DNA of 64,000 bases from an uncultured Candidatus Saccharibacteria bacterium (GCA_964646765.1 CAZYIA010000004.1:77887-141886); one strand, 5' to 3'; shown: positions 8,094-15,996, counted from the stretch's first letter. Numbers and translations: made by a program. The notes: generated by a model not told the origin, from the sequence alone.

Positions 8094-10115
8094 TCAGACC
8101 GCGTCCCGGATGGCCTGCATGAGGCCGTCCGCGAGTTGATCCGTCGTGTTGACTTCGATCCATGACAACCCGAACGAGTCGAGCAGGTCGGTGAATCGTG
8201 CGAGAGACCTTCTCTCGTGTTCATGGCCGGAATTGATCAGCAGAATGGATGTTTCCACGCCGAACGACGCGCAGGTCTGCAAGGCGGCAGCGGTCCGGTC
8301 CGGTTCGGCGGGAAAGCCGTCCGTCACCAGCAACAGCAGCTTGCGTTCCTCGTCTCGTGTCGCCAGCTCCGGTACCACGCGCTCGACCGCCTGCCCCGTG
8401 AGGGTGTTGCCTTCGGTCTTGTGCCAGTGAAGGTCCCTGATACGTCGCCACGCCTCCTCGAAACGCTTGACCGGAGTCAGGTTCTCACCGAAGAAGTGAA
8501 GCGAACACGGCACCTCATGCTTGTCCATCGCCGAGACGGCGGCCCGTGCGGAAGCAACGGCGCCATGCAGCCTGGACACGCCGTCGGCAAGCGCGGTATC
8601 CATCGACGCCGAAACGTCGAGCAGCACCGAGACAGCCGTGCTGACCCCGCTGACATCCTCGTCGATCCTGAAGACGCGTGGTTGCGGGCTCGACTTCACG
8701 CTCGCCAGATGTCTGGATGACAGTTTCCGCCCGGAACGCTCAAGATGCGATCGTTCCTCCAGGCGCGATTCAAGCAGTACCTCCAGGTGCGAGACAACCT
8801 TGAGCTCGATCTGCCGCGTGAGCGCGGCGTAGGGCTCCAGTGCCTGGGCATTCGGGAGTGCGCGTTTTTCGCGGATGGTCCAGCTGTTGTCCGGTGGCGC
8901 CACCTGGTCGATCGCCTCTTGCAGCAGGCTGCCAAGGTCGGTCTCCGGCAGATCGTGTGCACTCAACAGTTGCGCGAGCGCTTTGATCGCCTGATCGAGA
9001 TCGCCCTGTTCGACGCCATCCTGCAAGCTCGAGGCTGCCGAGGGATCCCCGGCGTCACCCTGACTGCCTGACGATGATTCGCTACCCTCAGACGGAGTGC
9101 CGTTGGAGTTCTTCTCGTTGTCATCCTGCTCACCTTGCGACGAACCGGAAGCGCTGGGTCCCTCATCCTGCGGATCCTGGCCGGCATTCTGGTCGTCTCC
9201 CTTCCCGTCGCCGTTCTCGCCCTGCTCTTGCGAACCGGCTTCACCACTCCGGGAAGTGTCGCTCGCGGATTCGTCGTCCTCCTTCCCGTCTTTCGACGAG
9301 CCGGAAGCCTCTTGGCTGTCATCCCGGGAATCCTGGTTGGTGTCTTGCTTGCCTTCCGCTTTTCCCTGGTCGCTACCCTGATCCTGCCCGGCGGTGCCGG
9401 AACTGCCATCGCTGGAATCGTCTTGCCCGGCTTGCGCCTGCTGATTCTCCATCGACTGCAACTCGCGCTTGAGGAACTCTTCCAGCGCAATCGAACAATC
9501 CACGACATCCTTCGTGCAACGGCTACGAGCGAGCCCGTCGCGTGCGATGTCCAGAAAGCCCTTGACCACCGGCATGCCGACCATGGTGCACAACATCGAC
9601 ATCCGGGCCCGGTACATCGGCTCGAGGATCTTCTGCCCCAGGTATTGCCCACGCACCCAACCGAGCAGCATGTTGGGAAACAGCTCCTCGACCGGCTCAT
9701 CGGGAGAAGGCATGTCGAACAGCCCTCTTTTGACCATGACCTCCAGCGCAGCCTCGATCCTGACGGCCATACCCGGGTAGTCGCGTTTTTCGCATGCTTC
9801 CATCCTGCCGTCCTCGAGGGAACGGTAGAAGGACAGCGCGAGCGGTCGTTTGAGAATGGTCGTCTTGGCAAGAAAGTCCGTGTAGCGGACGTGTCCGAAC
9901 TCGTGCGTACAGGTGCCGTCGAGCAGAACAACTGCGTCCGGTTCGTCGGAAAACGCCGCGAAGTTGATGGTCACCGTCTTGCCGTCGGTGCATCCGGTCG
10001 AGATGTTGCCTGAACGGATGTTTATCCCCAGCCGCCGGCCAACGATCTCACCGTACATCCTGAGATTGGCGACCCGGCGGGTCACCGTGCCAGACTTACG
10101 AAATGTTGCCTTCAT
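8094..10115 (-). CDS. CobT-like protein: HExxH peptidase-like N-terminus, acidic low-complexity linker, C-terminal vWA domain
   Basis: THEFGH...LEDGRME; D/E/S/G/Q-rich linker; MIDAS DVSAS, GNT, LVTDG. Confidence 0.85.
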   Translation of the reverse strand: MKATFRKSGTVTRRVANLRMYGEIVGRRLGINIRSGNISTGCTDGKTVTINFAAFSDEPDAVVLLDGTCTHEFGHVRYTDFLAKTTILKRPLALSFYRSLEDGRMEACEKRDYPGMAVRIEAALEVMVKRGLFDMPSPDEPVEELFPNMLLGWVRGQYLGQKILEPMYRARMSMLCTMVGMPVVKGFLDIARDGLARSRCTKDVVDCSIALEEFLKRELQSMENQQAQAGQDDSSDGSSGTAGQDQGSDQGKAEGKQDTNQDSRDDSQEASGSSKDGKEDDESASDTSRSGEAGSQEQGENGDGKGDDQNAGQDPQDEGPSASGSSQGEQDDNEKNSNGTPSEGSESSSGSQGDAGDPSAASSLQDGVEQGDLDQAIKALAQLLSAHDLPETDLGSLLQEAIDQVAPPDNSWTIREKRALPNAQALEPYAALTRQIELKVVSHLEVLLESRLEERSHLERSGRKLSSRHLASVKSSPQPRVFRIDEDVSGVSTAVSVLLDVSASMDTALADGVSRLHGAVASARAAVSAMDKHEVPCSLHFFGENLTPVKRFEEAWRRIRDLHWHKTEGNTLTGQAVERVVPELATRDEERKLLLLVTDGFPAEPDRTAAALQTCASFGVETSILLINSGHEHERRSLARFTDLLDSFGLSWIEVNTTDQLADGLMQAIRDAV

Positions 10116-10133
10116 GGTTCGCTCCTCGGCTCG

Positions 10134-10186
10134 AGAGGCCTCCACTGCGGAGAGCCATTCCTCTTTGCATAGGGGCAAGCCGTTGC
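10134..10186 (-). promoter_or_regulatory. Conserved leader element copy 8
   Basis: GCAA-CGGCT-N9-GCAAAGAGG...CTCC GCAGT GGAG.CCTCT; GAGGAG RBS. Confidence 0.75.
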
Positions 10187-10445
10187 AAGGTAGCGGCTAT
10201 GGTCGCGACGTCTGTTTTGGAACATCCGCGACCAAAATTGAGGGCAATGGTGCGAAGCTATCGGGTCAGCGCGGTCAACCCGGCGAGCAAAAGGACGGTT
10301 GCAACGATCGCACCGAGTGCCAGTGCGCTGCCCAGCAACGCCGACTTCAGCGGCGGCGGTGCGCTTCCTTCGATTTTCGTCGATGCTTTCATCGGTTCTG
10401 CTCCTGATTGCGGAGCAGAAACTCTCGATCAAAACCGATCGCTGA

Positions 10446-10892
10446 TCAATTTCTTATAGCGTCGATGAATCGCAGCACCTTGGCCGCACGCCTGCCTTCC
10501 TGGTCCGCGACGGCAGACAGCAGCGCGCCGACCAGGCCTTCGGCCAACAACTCGCGTTCTTCGGATGTGGATAGATGGACCGGAGCCCGATCGATCACTA
10601 CGGGGTTGTTGCGGCGCCCCATGCACTCGCTGAGCGTCATCACGCACCACTTTCGCGCCGCACGAGCGACCCAGTCAGGGACCGATTCACGGCCAAGAAT
10701 GAAATCCGAGACGCGACGCGCGGCCGATCTCGAAGAACCGGAAAGCACGGGTCGGCCCGCGATCGCCTCGATCTCCGCGGCCACAAGCAGATTTGTGCCT
10801 GTCTCGGATCCGATCAGGTACCGCATGAGGCCAACAGTATTGAGGACGGGCGCGTCTTCGATGGGGCGGCCAGGCAGATTACTTTTCCTCAA
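10446..10892 (-). CDS. Hypothetical protein (paralog of 10893..11378)
   Basis: GRPIEDAPVLNTVGLMRYLIG / VPDWVARAARKWCV. Confidence 0.65.
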   Translation of the reverse strand: MRKSNLPGRPIEDAPVLNTVGLMRYLIGSETGTNLLVAAEIEAIAGRPVLSGSSRSAARRVSDFILGRESVPDWVARAARKWCVMTLSECMGRRNNPVVIDRAPVHLSTSEERELLAEGLVGALLSAVADQEGRRAAKVLRFIDAIRN

Positions 10893-11378
10893 TCAGGGAT
10901 TCTCGCTCTGTTTCAGGATCGTTTCTATGAGCAGCAGCGTTGACCGCAGCTTTCGCTCGGCCTCGGCTGCCGCGTGACGCAGCACCAGGTCTACCAGACC
11001 CGTTGCCAGTAGACGTGCGGCCGTAGCGGACGAGACATCGAGAACATGATCGTCCACCGTGATGCCAACACGCTTGCGCTTCAGTGCCGCCGCGATGTGT
11101 CGCACGCACCATTCGTGAGCGGCTTCCTCGGCCCAGATCGGGATCGCCTTGCCGCCCGATGCAAACTCACCGATGCGTTTTTGTGTTTCGCGCGTGCGCG
11201 CGACACCATCCAGCTTCGGGACGATCGTTCGGCCCGAGAGGGCCTCCAGCTCTTCTGCCAGTTTCCCGCGAGATTCCATGCCGCCCAGCAAGTGCAGCAT
11301 GAGTCCGATGACATTCCGTACGGGATGATCGAGGAGCGGCCGTCCGATCCCCTTGTTCGCGCCTCGAGGCTTGGCCAT
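10893..11378 (-). CDS. Hypothetical protein (paralog of 10446..10892)
   Basis: GRPLLDHPVRNVIGLMLHLLG / IPIWAEEAAHEWCV; TGATG coupling to the macrodomain gene. Confidence 0.65.
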   Translation of the reverse strand: MAKPRGANKGIGRPLLDHPVRNVIGLMLHLLGGMESRGKLAEELEALSGRTIVPKLDGVARTRETQKRIGEFASGGKAIPIWAEEAAHEWCVRHIAAALKRKRVGITVDDHVLDVSSATAARLLATGLVDLVLRHAAAEAERKLRSTLLLIETILKQSENP

Positions 11379-11836
11379 CACCGGTTCTTCTCCGGGGGGA
11401 ACAGCCATACGTCCACGGTTCCGGACGGAATCTCGGCAAAGGCCTGCTCGATGCGCTGTTTGACGATATGCCACGAGAGTCCGCCCAGACCGCAGCCGAG
11501 CGCCGGGATCGCGATGGAGTCGATGGCGTTCATTCGCACCCACTCAACGAGTACCGGCAGACCGGCTTCGATGTACGCCATCTTTGACGGACTGCGCCAG
11601 AAGATCTTGGTCGGAAAATGAACAATGCGACGGCCGTCCTCGAGCCAGAAGTCGTGCAGCAATCCCGGCTTGAGTTCCTTGCGTGCGCAGGCCTGGCGGT
11701 ACGACTCGTAAGCGGCGGGAAAGCGTTGCCTGAACTCCAGCGCCAGACCTTTTCCCGCGATGCCTTGCCCGTTCACCGGGTTGACCAGCGCGCGGACTGG
11801 GGCGTCGAAGATGCTGCCTTGGCGTTCTTCAATCAT
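11378..11836 (-). CDS. Stand-alone macrodomain, DarG/TARG1-like ADP-ribosylhydrolase
   Basis: GSIF...LVNPVNGQGIAGKGLALEFRQRFP...HFPTK.FW...SIAIPALGCGLGGLSW. Confidence 0.85.
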   Translation of the reverse strand: MIEERQGSIFDAPVRALVNPVNGQGIAGKGLALEFRQRFPAAYESYRQACARKELKPGLLHDFWLEDGRRIVHFPTKIFWRSPSKMAYIEAGLPVLVEWVRMNAIDSIAIPALGCGLGGLSWHIVKQRIEQAFAEIPSGTVDVWLFPPEKNR

Positions 11837-12065
11837 TCGGGTTCATTGCCTCGTTGACGCGCATCAACAGCATGGCGCAGGCCAGGATCGCCATTGCTGC
11901 GGCAAATGCCGAGACGTAGGGGTGTCCGTCGAAGCTGGATCCGAAAGCGACGATGATCTCATGCGCCGACGCCCCGGTTGCGAGGTGACCGACAAGTAGC
12001 AAAAGGCCCATGAACACCGCCAGCGCGCCTACCGGCAGGAGGGCGTCAATCAGTTTGTAAGGCAC
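11829..12065 (-). CDS. Small membrane protein
   Basis: GTG start VPYKLID; two hydrophobic helices; overlaps both neighbours. Confidence 0.55.
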   Translation of the reverse strand: MPYKLIDALLPVGALAVFMGLLLLVGHLATGASAHEIIVAFGSSFDGHPYVSAFAAAMAILACAMLLMRVNEAMNPND

Positions 12066-12891
12066 GTCTGTTTTCCAGAAAATCGCGCAGCCGTACGCCC
12101 GCATCGGCGCGCGCGAAGTTGAACACCGGAATGCCCCAGCGGCTTGCGAGGGCGATCGCCTGCCCTGTCCCGCCCGTGGCAGGCCCGCGCTCCGCTTCGT
12201 TCTCCGCTCCGTCCGGGGTCCAGGCAATGACGAAATCGCTGGGTGTGCGGCAATCGGCACCGAGGATCTGGTGGGTGTTGCGCGCCATCAGCTTGCGGAC
12301 CGCCGGCGACAGCTTGTTCCAGGCCGGATGCAGACAGGCGGCCACCTCCATGGCTTCCTGTGTCGGCTCAACGAAAACCGAACGGCGACCATTGAACCCC
12401 GGCCACGGCAGAAAAATTTCCTTTTGCGCGCCGGCACCTTGCTCGAATGCTGTATCCGCGCCGCCCGCACCGCCGGAACGCAGCGTGTATCCCATGCGGG
12501 CAAGCCGGACAGCGGCTTCGGTCATGCGGGCCAACTGGTCAGGCGGTGTCTTGCGCGAACCGATGCCGGCGTAAGTCATGCTGATTTCCTTCGGGGGCAG
12601 CCCGGTCTCTGCCAGGCGCCGCCAGGCATGCTCTACCTCGGTTCCGTGACAGCGCAACGGAGCGCACGAACAAACAAGGCGGGAATCGGCCTTCAGACCC
12701 AGAAGCGCGGTCAACATTGCGGGGTCGCCTTGCGACACCCTGTAGGCCATACGATCGGCGTACTGCTCGCACACCTGGTCGCGGTCACCGTGCTCGCCGA
12801 TGACGTAGGGATTGCCGAATACCGTCCCGCGGCCGATGTAGATTGAACCGGGTGGCCAGTCGTTGAGGTTCTTGCGGTTGAGGATCTGCAT
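12046..12891 (-). CDS. DUF4326 + SLOG (DprA/YspA-like) fusion protein
   Basis: N-terminal IYIGRGTVFGNPY...LVCSCAPLRCHG (DUF4326); C-terminal YAGIGSRKTP...LRSGGAGGADTAFE...GGTGQAI...IPVFN (SLOG fold). Confidence 0.8.
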   Translation of the reverse strand: MQILNRKNLNDWPPGSIYIGRGTVFGNPYVIGEHGDRDQVCEQYADRMAYRVSQGDPAMLTALLGLKADSRLVCSCAPLRCHGTEVEHAWRRLAETGLPPKEISMTYAGIGSRKTPPDQLARMTEAAVRLARMGYTLRSGGAGGADTAFEQGAGAQKEIFLPWPGFNGRRSVFVEPTQEAMEVAACLHPAWNKLSPAVRKLMARNTHQILGADCRTPSDFVIAWTPDGAENEAERGPATGGTGQAIALASRWGIPVFNFARADAGVRLRDFLENRRALQTD

Positions 12892-12904
12892 GCCGCCCGC
12901 CGGT

Positions 12905-13402
12905 TCAGGTTCCACTCAAGACAAATGCCTCTTCTGCAGGAATGAACGCGGCGAGCATCGAGCCCAGCAAGGTGTGCACGTAATTGCTGTACGGCAGGTT
13001 CAGCCTCGCGAGTCTGGCACGCAAAGCCGTGAACGAACCTGTTTCGTGGCCCGATTCCACAATCGTCGCCAGATCCCGGCCTGTCCATGCACAAAATCGC
13101 CCTTCGCGATCAAGACCAAACCAGTGCAGCGCGTCGAAACTAAGCTGTGCCGGCTCGCACGCGGCCACGCCGTACGGGATGAACGAGGCGTGCGTCACGG
13201 CGCATCCTTCGTTGGCGGGGTGATCCGCAATCAGGCCCCACGACCGGGTCTCTTTTGCGAGCATCACACGCACTCCCTGCACCGGTCGCCCGGAATCACC
13301 CCGTATCGCGTTGGACAGGACTACCGCATACGTTGGCCCGGCGAGGAACATGGGCGCAGACAAGACAAGCAAGCGTGTCTCCGTTATTTCGTGCGCCGGC
13401 AT
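12905..13402 (-). CDS. Hypothetical protein
   Basis: Start MPAHEIT, operonic spacing; segment DHPANEGCAVTHA resembles EFQHNPGMSVTNA of 48509..48952. Confidence 0.55.
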   Translation of the reverse strand: MPAHEITETRLLVLSAPMFLAGPTYAVVLSNAIRGDSGRPVQGVRVMLAKETRSWGLIADHPANEGCAVTHASFIPYGVAACEPAQLSFDALHWFGLDREGRFCAWTGRDLATIVESGHETGSFTALRARLARLNLPYSNYVHTLLGSMLAAFIPAEEAFVLSGT

Positions 13403-13584
13403 GAGGCATCGACGCTCATGCTGCTGTCTTTCGTCATCTGTTTCAGGAACATGGTTTTGGCCTGCTCGCAGCGCTCCAGGCTGGAGAATTCCTGCCGGCG
13501 TTCTATTGGCGGCTGTGGCTCCGCAAGCGGAGTCCCGCCAACCAGAGTTATGGTCAGCATCAAAACATACACGGCATTCATCAT
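13384..13584 (-). CDS. Small putative secreted protein
   Basis: Hydrophobic N-terminus, EFSSLERCEQA motif, paired Cys. Confidence 0.55.
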   Translation of the reverse strand: MMNAVYVLMLTITLVGGTPLAEPQPPIERRQEFSSLERCEQAKTMFLKQMTKDSSMSVDASCRRTK

Positions 13585-13679
13585 CGACCTTCTTTCTCAC
13601 GCTACAGACAATTTCCATATTTTGGAAAATTCCATGAAAACATCCAGTTCTTATACGGCCGCAGCGAAGCATCACCGCG

Positions 13680-14735
13680 CTAACCTCGCCCTTTCCTCTC
13701 CGCTGCCCGCCGCTTGTTTTCCGCACTGCAGATGCGACAGGTGACGATGCGCCGCCCGTCCTCCGTGAAGCGCTCCTGGTACGGATGACCTTTCGGGCAA
13801 TGCGTCTTGTGCCGCACGACCTGCTTGTGAGCGGGATCGAGCTTGCGCAGTCGCTTGCTGATCCCCATGCGATCGGTGCCCAGTTCGGCGGCGATTTCGT
13901 CGATGGTCTTGCCAGCGTGCCGTAGTGCAAGCACGGCAGCGCTGTATCGCGCACCAAGCATGTTCATTTCGGCCTGTTTCGCGAACGGCAACGCCTCGAC
14001 GGTTTCGCTGAACGAGCGCTGGCGCTCGGCGTCGGCCGCCTTCCATGCGCGGAACGTGCTCATGGAAGGCATGCCGGGTCGCGCGCAGGCCTCGGTGGGC
14101 GTCGCGGATTCTGCGCGCATTGTGTCGATCACGCGCCAGAAGTCGGCGTCTGTGAACTGGCGCTGGCGGGCACTGGTGCTCACCCGCTTGTACTCGGTTT
14201 CCGCCGTGCGCGATTTACGCGAGCGAGCCAGTTGAGCCTGTGCCGGGTTGCCCATGAGTCGCCAGTTGCCAGCCTCGATGCGCTCTTCCAGCAATTCACG
14301 ATGCTTCGCTTTCGTCTCCTCGCACGCGAGCCCAAAGGTACGCGGCAGCCGGTACTGGTCGCGGTATTCGTCAAGGTCCACCTTATGCAGGGTGGCGAGA
14401 TGAATTCCGAGTGCCCGATAGGCGTTGCCGCAAATCAGACAGGTGTGCCCGTTCGGTGAGCCCTTGAGGTAGCGGTCGATTTGAGCCTTGGTCTCGAACG
14501 GGCCGATTTTTGGGAAACCTTCGCGGACAATCCGCCGTGCCAGGCGCCGTTTCAGGTTCTTGGCTTCCTGTGCCGTCGCAGCCCCCGAGATCGCGCGCTC
14601 CAGATCGCCCTGGTGTACGCGCATTTCCTGGCCCATTTGGCGAAGACGGTCCCAGAACGGGTTCCCTTCGTGGCGCTCGGCTTGCGATGCAATAGAAGGT
14701 GCCCACTGGTTGCCGGTGATGAATGGTTTGGACAT
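13680..14735 (-). CDS. MucR/Ros-type zinc-finger protein with HTH and a C-terminal zinc motif
   Basis: TCLICGNAYRALGIHLATLHKVDLDEYRDQYRLP; KTIDEIAAELG HTH; KTHCPKGHPY...TCRIC. Confidence 0.7.
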   Translation of the reverse strand: MSKPFITGNQWAPSIASQAERHEGNPFWDRLRQMGQEMRVHQGDLERAISGAATAQEAKNLKRRLARRIVREGFPKIGPFETKAQIDRYLKGSPNGHTCLICGNAYRALGIHLATLHKVDLDEYRDQYRLPRTFGLACEETKAKHRELLEERIEAGNWRLMGNPAQAQLARSRKSRTAETEYKRVSTSARQRQFTDADFWRVIDTMRAESATPTEACARPGMPSMSTFRAWKAADAERQRSFSETVEALPFAKQAEMNMLGARYSAAVLALRHAGKTIDEIAAELGTDRMGISKRLRKLDPAHKQVVRHKTHCPKGHPYQERFTEDGRRIVTCRICSAENKRRAAERKGRG

Positions 14736-14746
14736 TCGATAGGTGT

Positions 14747-14956
14747 CTATTCAGCGTTAGGGCGCATGTCGGCACGCACGCACTTTCGGGTTTCGCAAAA
14801 CGGCAAGTCTTCGCGTTCGCATGGAGCGAGAGATGTGCCGTGCGGGTATCTGATTCCCTTACACGCTTGCATTCCCGGCCCCGCGTGCCCGTGCTTGCAT
14901 CGGGTTTGGCCGTCGCCGAGTTGCTCCAATCCGCTGCACCATTTCTTCGTGTCCAT
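14747..14956 (-). CDS. Cys-rich small cassette ORF
   Basis: MDTKKWC...RPNAE; the C-terminus is read through the attC R' box. Confidence 0.6.
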   Translation of the reverse strand: MDTKKWCSGLEQLGDGQTRCKHGHAGPGMQACKGIRYPHGTSLAPCEREDLPFCETRKCVRADMRPNAE

Positions 14957-14980
14957 CGTTCGCTCCGTTCGGGCATTACG

Positions 14981-15036
14981 CCCTAACAATTCATTCAAGC
15001 CGACGCCTACGGCGCGGCTTAATTCAGGCGTTATGC
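14981..15036 (+). other. attC site (59-be), aadA/aadB-like short type
   Basis: CCCTAAC AATTC ATTCAAGC CGACGCCTACGGCGCG GCTTAAT TCAGGC GTTATGC. Confidence 0.92.
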
Positions 15037-15263
15037 CCCACGCGCGCTTTAGCGCTATACAGTCCATCCGTCAGCGCGCGGGCCTGTGGGGCGGTAAGGT
15101 GGCACGCGTTGAGACAAATGGGTTCTTCGCCGGCAGTCATGTGCGCGTTGCAATATGGGCAGCGCCAGTGCCCGAAGCAATCAAGAATCGGCTTATCCGG
15201 GTCATACTTCGCAGGTCTACCCCAAACATGGGGCACGCCGTCAACGTATCTCATTCCGCTCAT
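15024..15263 (-). CDS. Zn-ribbon-like small cassette ORF
   Basis: MSGMRY...WRCPYC...CLNAC...HNA; AAAGGA RBS; stop lies inside attC. Confidence 0.6.
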   Translation of the reverse strand: MSGMRYVDGVPHVWGRPAKYDPDKPILDCFGHWRCPYCNAHMTAGEEPICLNACHLTAPQARALTDGLYSAKARVGHNA

Positions 15264-15286
15264 TTCATTTCCTTTCTGGCCGTCTG

Positions 15287-15349
15287 GCATAACATTTCAT
15301 TCAACCCGGACCGCCGCGAAGCGGCGTCGGCTCATTGCTTGCGTTGGGC
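15287..15349 (+). other. attC site
   Basis: GCATAAC ATTTC ATTCAACC CGGACCGCCGCGAAGCGGCGTCG GCTCATT GCTTGC GTTGGGC. Confidence 0.85.
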
Positions 15350-15579
15350 GCTGCCAAATCAGGCCGGTACATGGCGCGAAAGTCATCATCCACAATTGCG
15401 CGCAACAGCTTGCCAACCTTTGCGTCCCTGTCGTGGTCCCATGCATCGTATGCGTCTCGTGCCAATGAGCGCACGGCCTCGATTTCACGTGCTGCGTCAA
15501 GCATTGCCTTGGCGGAGTCTCTATATCCATCATTCCTCAAGTCAGGTTCCAAGTCCTGCAACCGTGCAACAATGTCCAT
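15301..15579 (-). CDS. Small cassette ORF (phage-like MDIVARL start)
   Basis: GGGAG RBS; C-terminus APNASNEPTPLRGGPG is the antisense translation of attC. Confidence 0.65.
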   Translation of the reverse strand: MDIVARLQDLEPDLRNDGYRDSAKAMLDAAREIEAVRSLARDAYDAWDHDRDAKVGKLLRAIVDDDFRAMYRPDLAAPNASNEPTPLRGGPG

Positions 15580-15598
15580 TCTTTACTCCCTGTTCTGC

Positions 15599-15843
15599 GC
15601 CCAACAATTCATTCAACATCGCTCCCTCCGGTCGCTGGTAAGCACCTCGACATTTACAATCCATGCCCCCGAACGATTTAGCTCTATCCAGTCGAACACA
15701 TCTTCGAGCGTTTCAGTTTTCTCAAACGTCCGCCCGATCTTCCAATGTTTTGCTTGTGTATCAATCGGCGGCTGGTCGTGAAATTCAGCAACTACGGTAT
15801 ATTGCTCTGCCATGTTTCTCTCCGGTTAAGCGCGGCGTTGGGC
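15599..15843 (+). other. Split or expanded attC: left arm 15599-15638, right arm ~15822-15843
   Basis: GCCCAAC AATTC ATTCAACA TCGCTCCCTCCGGTCGCTGG ... CCGGTTAAGCGCGGC GTTGGGC with ~180 bp of coding DNA between. Confidence 0.7.
15613..15813 (-). CDS. 66-aa ORF nested between attC arms
   Basis: GGAG RBS supplied at the attC right arm; stop inside the left arm. Confidence 0.55.
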   Translation of the reverse strand: MAEQYTVVAEFHDQPPIDTQAKHWKIGRTFEKTETLEDVFDWIELNRSGAWIVNVEVLTSDRRERC

Positions 15844-15965
15844 GTCTTATTCGCGTACCGGCCAGCCCGCGACAGAATCCAAGCGAATGCGCGGCTTTCC
15901 CGGCAATCTGGCAGCGGGAGCGGCCATGCCATCACGATCCGGTAGCAAATCCAGTCAGTGAGCAT
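15792..15965 (-). CDS. Small hypothetical protein ending across an attC right arm
   Basis: MLTDWICYRIV...KTPNAALNRRETW; GGAG RBS. Confidence 0.5.
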   Translation of the reverse strand: MLTDWICYRIVMAWPLPLPDCRESRAFAWILSRAGRYANKTPNAALNRRETWQSNIP

Positions 15966-15996
15966 TGGCCTTCTCCCCGCAGCCGTCGTGGTTCCT

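Larger units (their letters stand above)
14756..15843 (+). mobile_element. Integron gene-cassette array without intI in the window (CALIN-like); ORFs antisense to the attC orientation
   Basis: Three cassettes with complementary ends: GTTAGGGCG/CGCCCTAAC, GTTATGCC/GGCATAAC, GTTGGGCGC/GCGCCCAAC; two complete attC sites and one split attC. Confidence 0.85.

Noticed and set aside
8990-9450. Low-complexity tract as a tandem repeat or insertion
   Set aside because: It is the in-frame acidic linker typical of CobT-like vWA proteins; no nucleotide-level repeat unit.
6011-10115. Cobalamin biosynthesis (cobS/cobT)
   Set aside because: No cobN or other cob genes; this AAA/vWA type is a common mobile-element module.
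11378-11836. Complete DarTG toxin-antitoxin system
   Set aside because: No DarT-like ORF is adjacent and the macrodomain lacks the DarG C-terminal domain.
14481-15641. 386-aa + strand ORF across the cassette array
   Set aside because: It reads through several attC sites and antisense to the MucR-like gene, has no motifs, and the minus-strand ORFs have clear RBSs.
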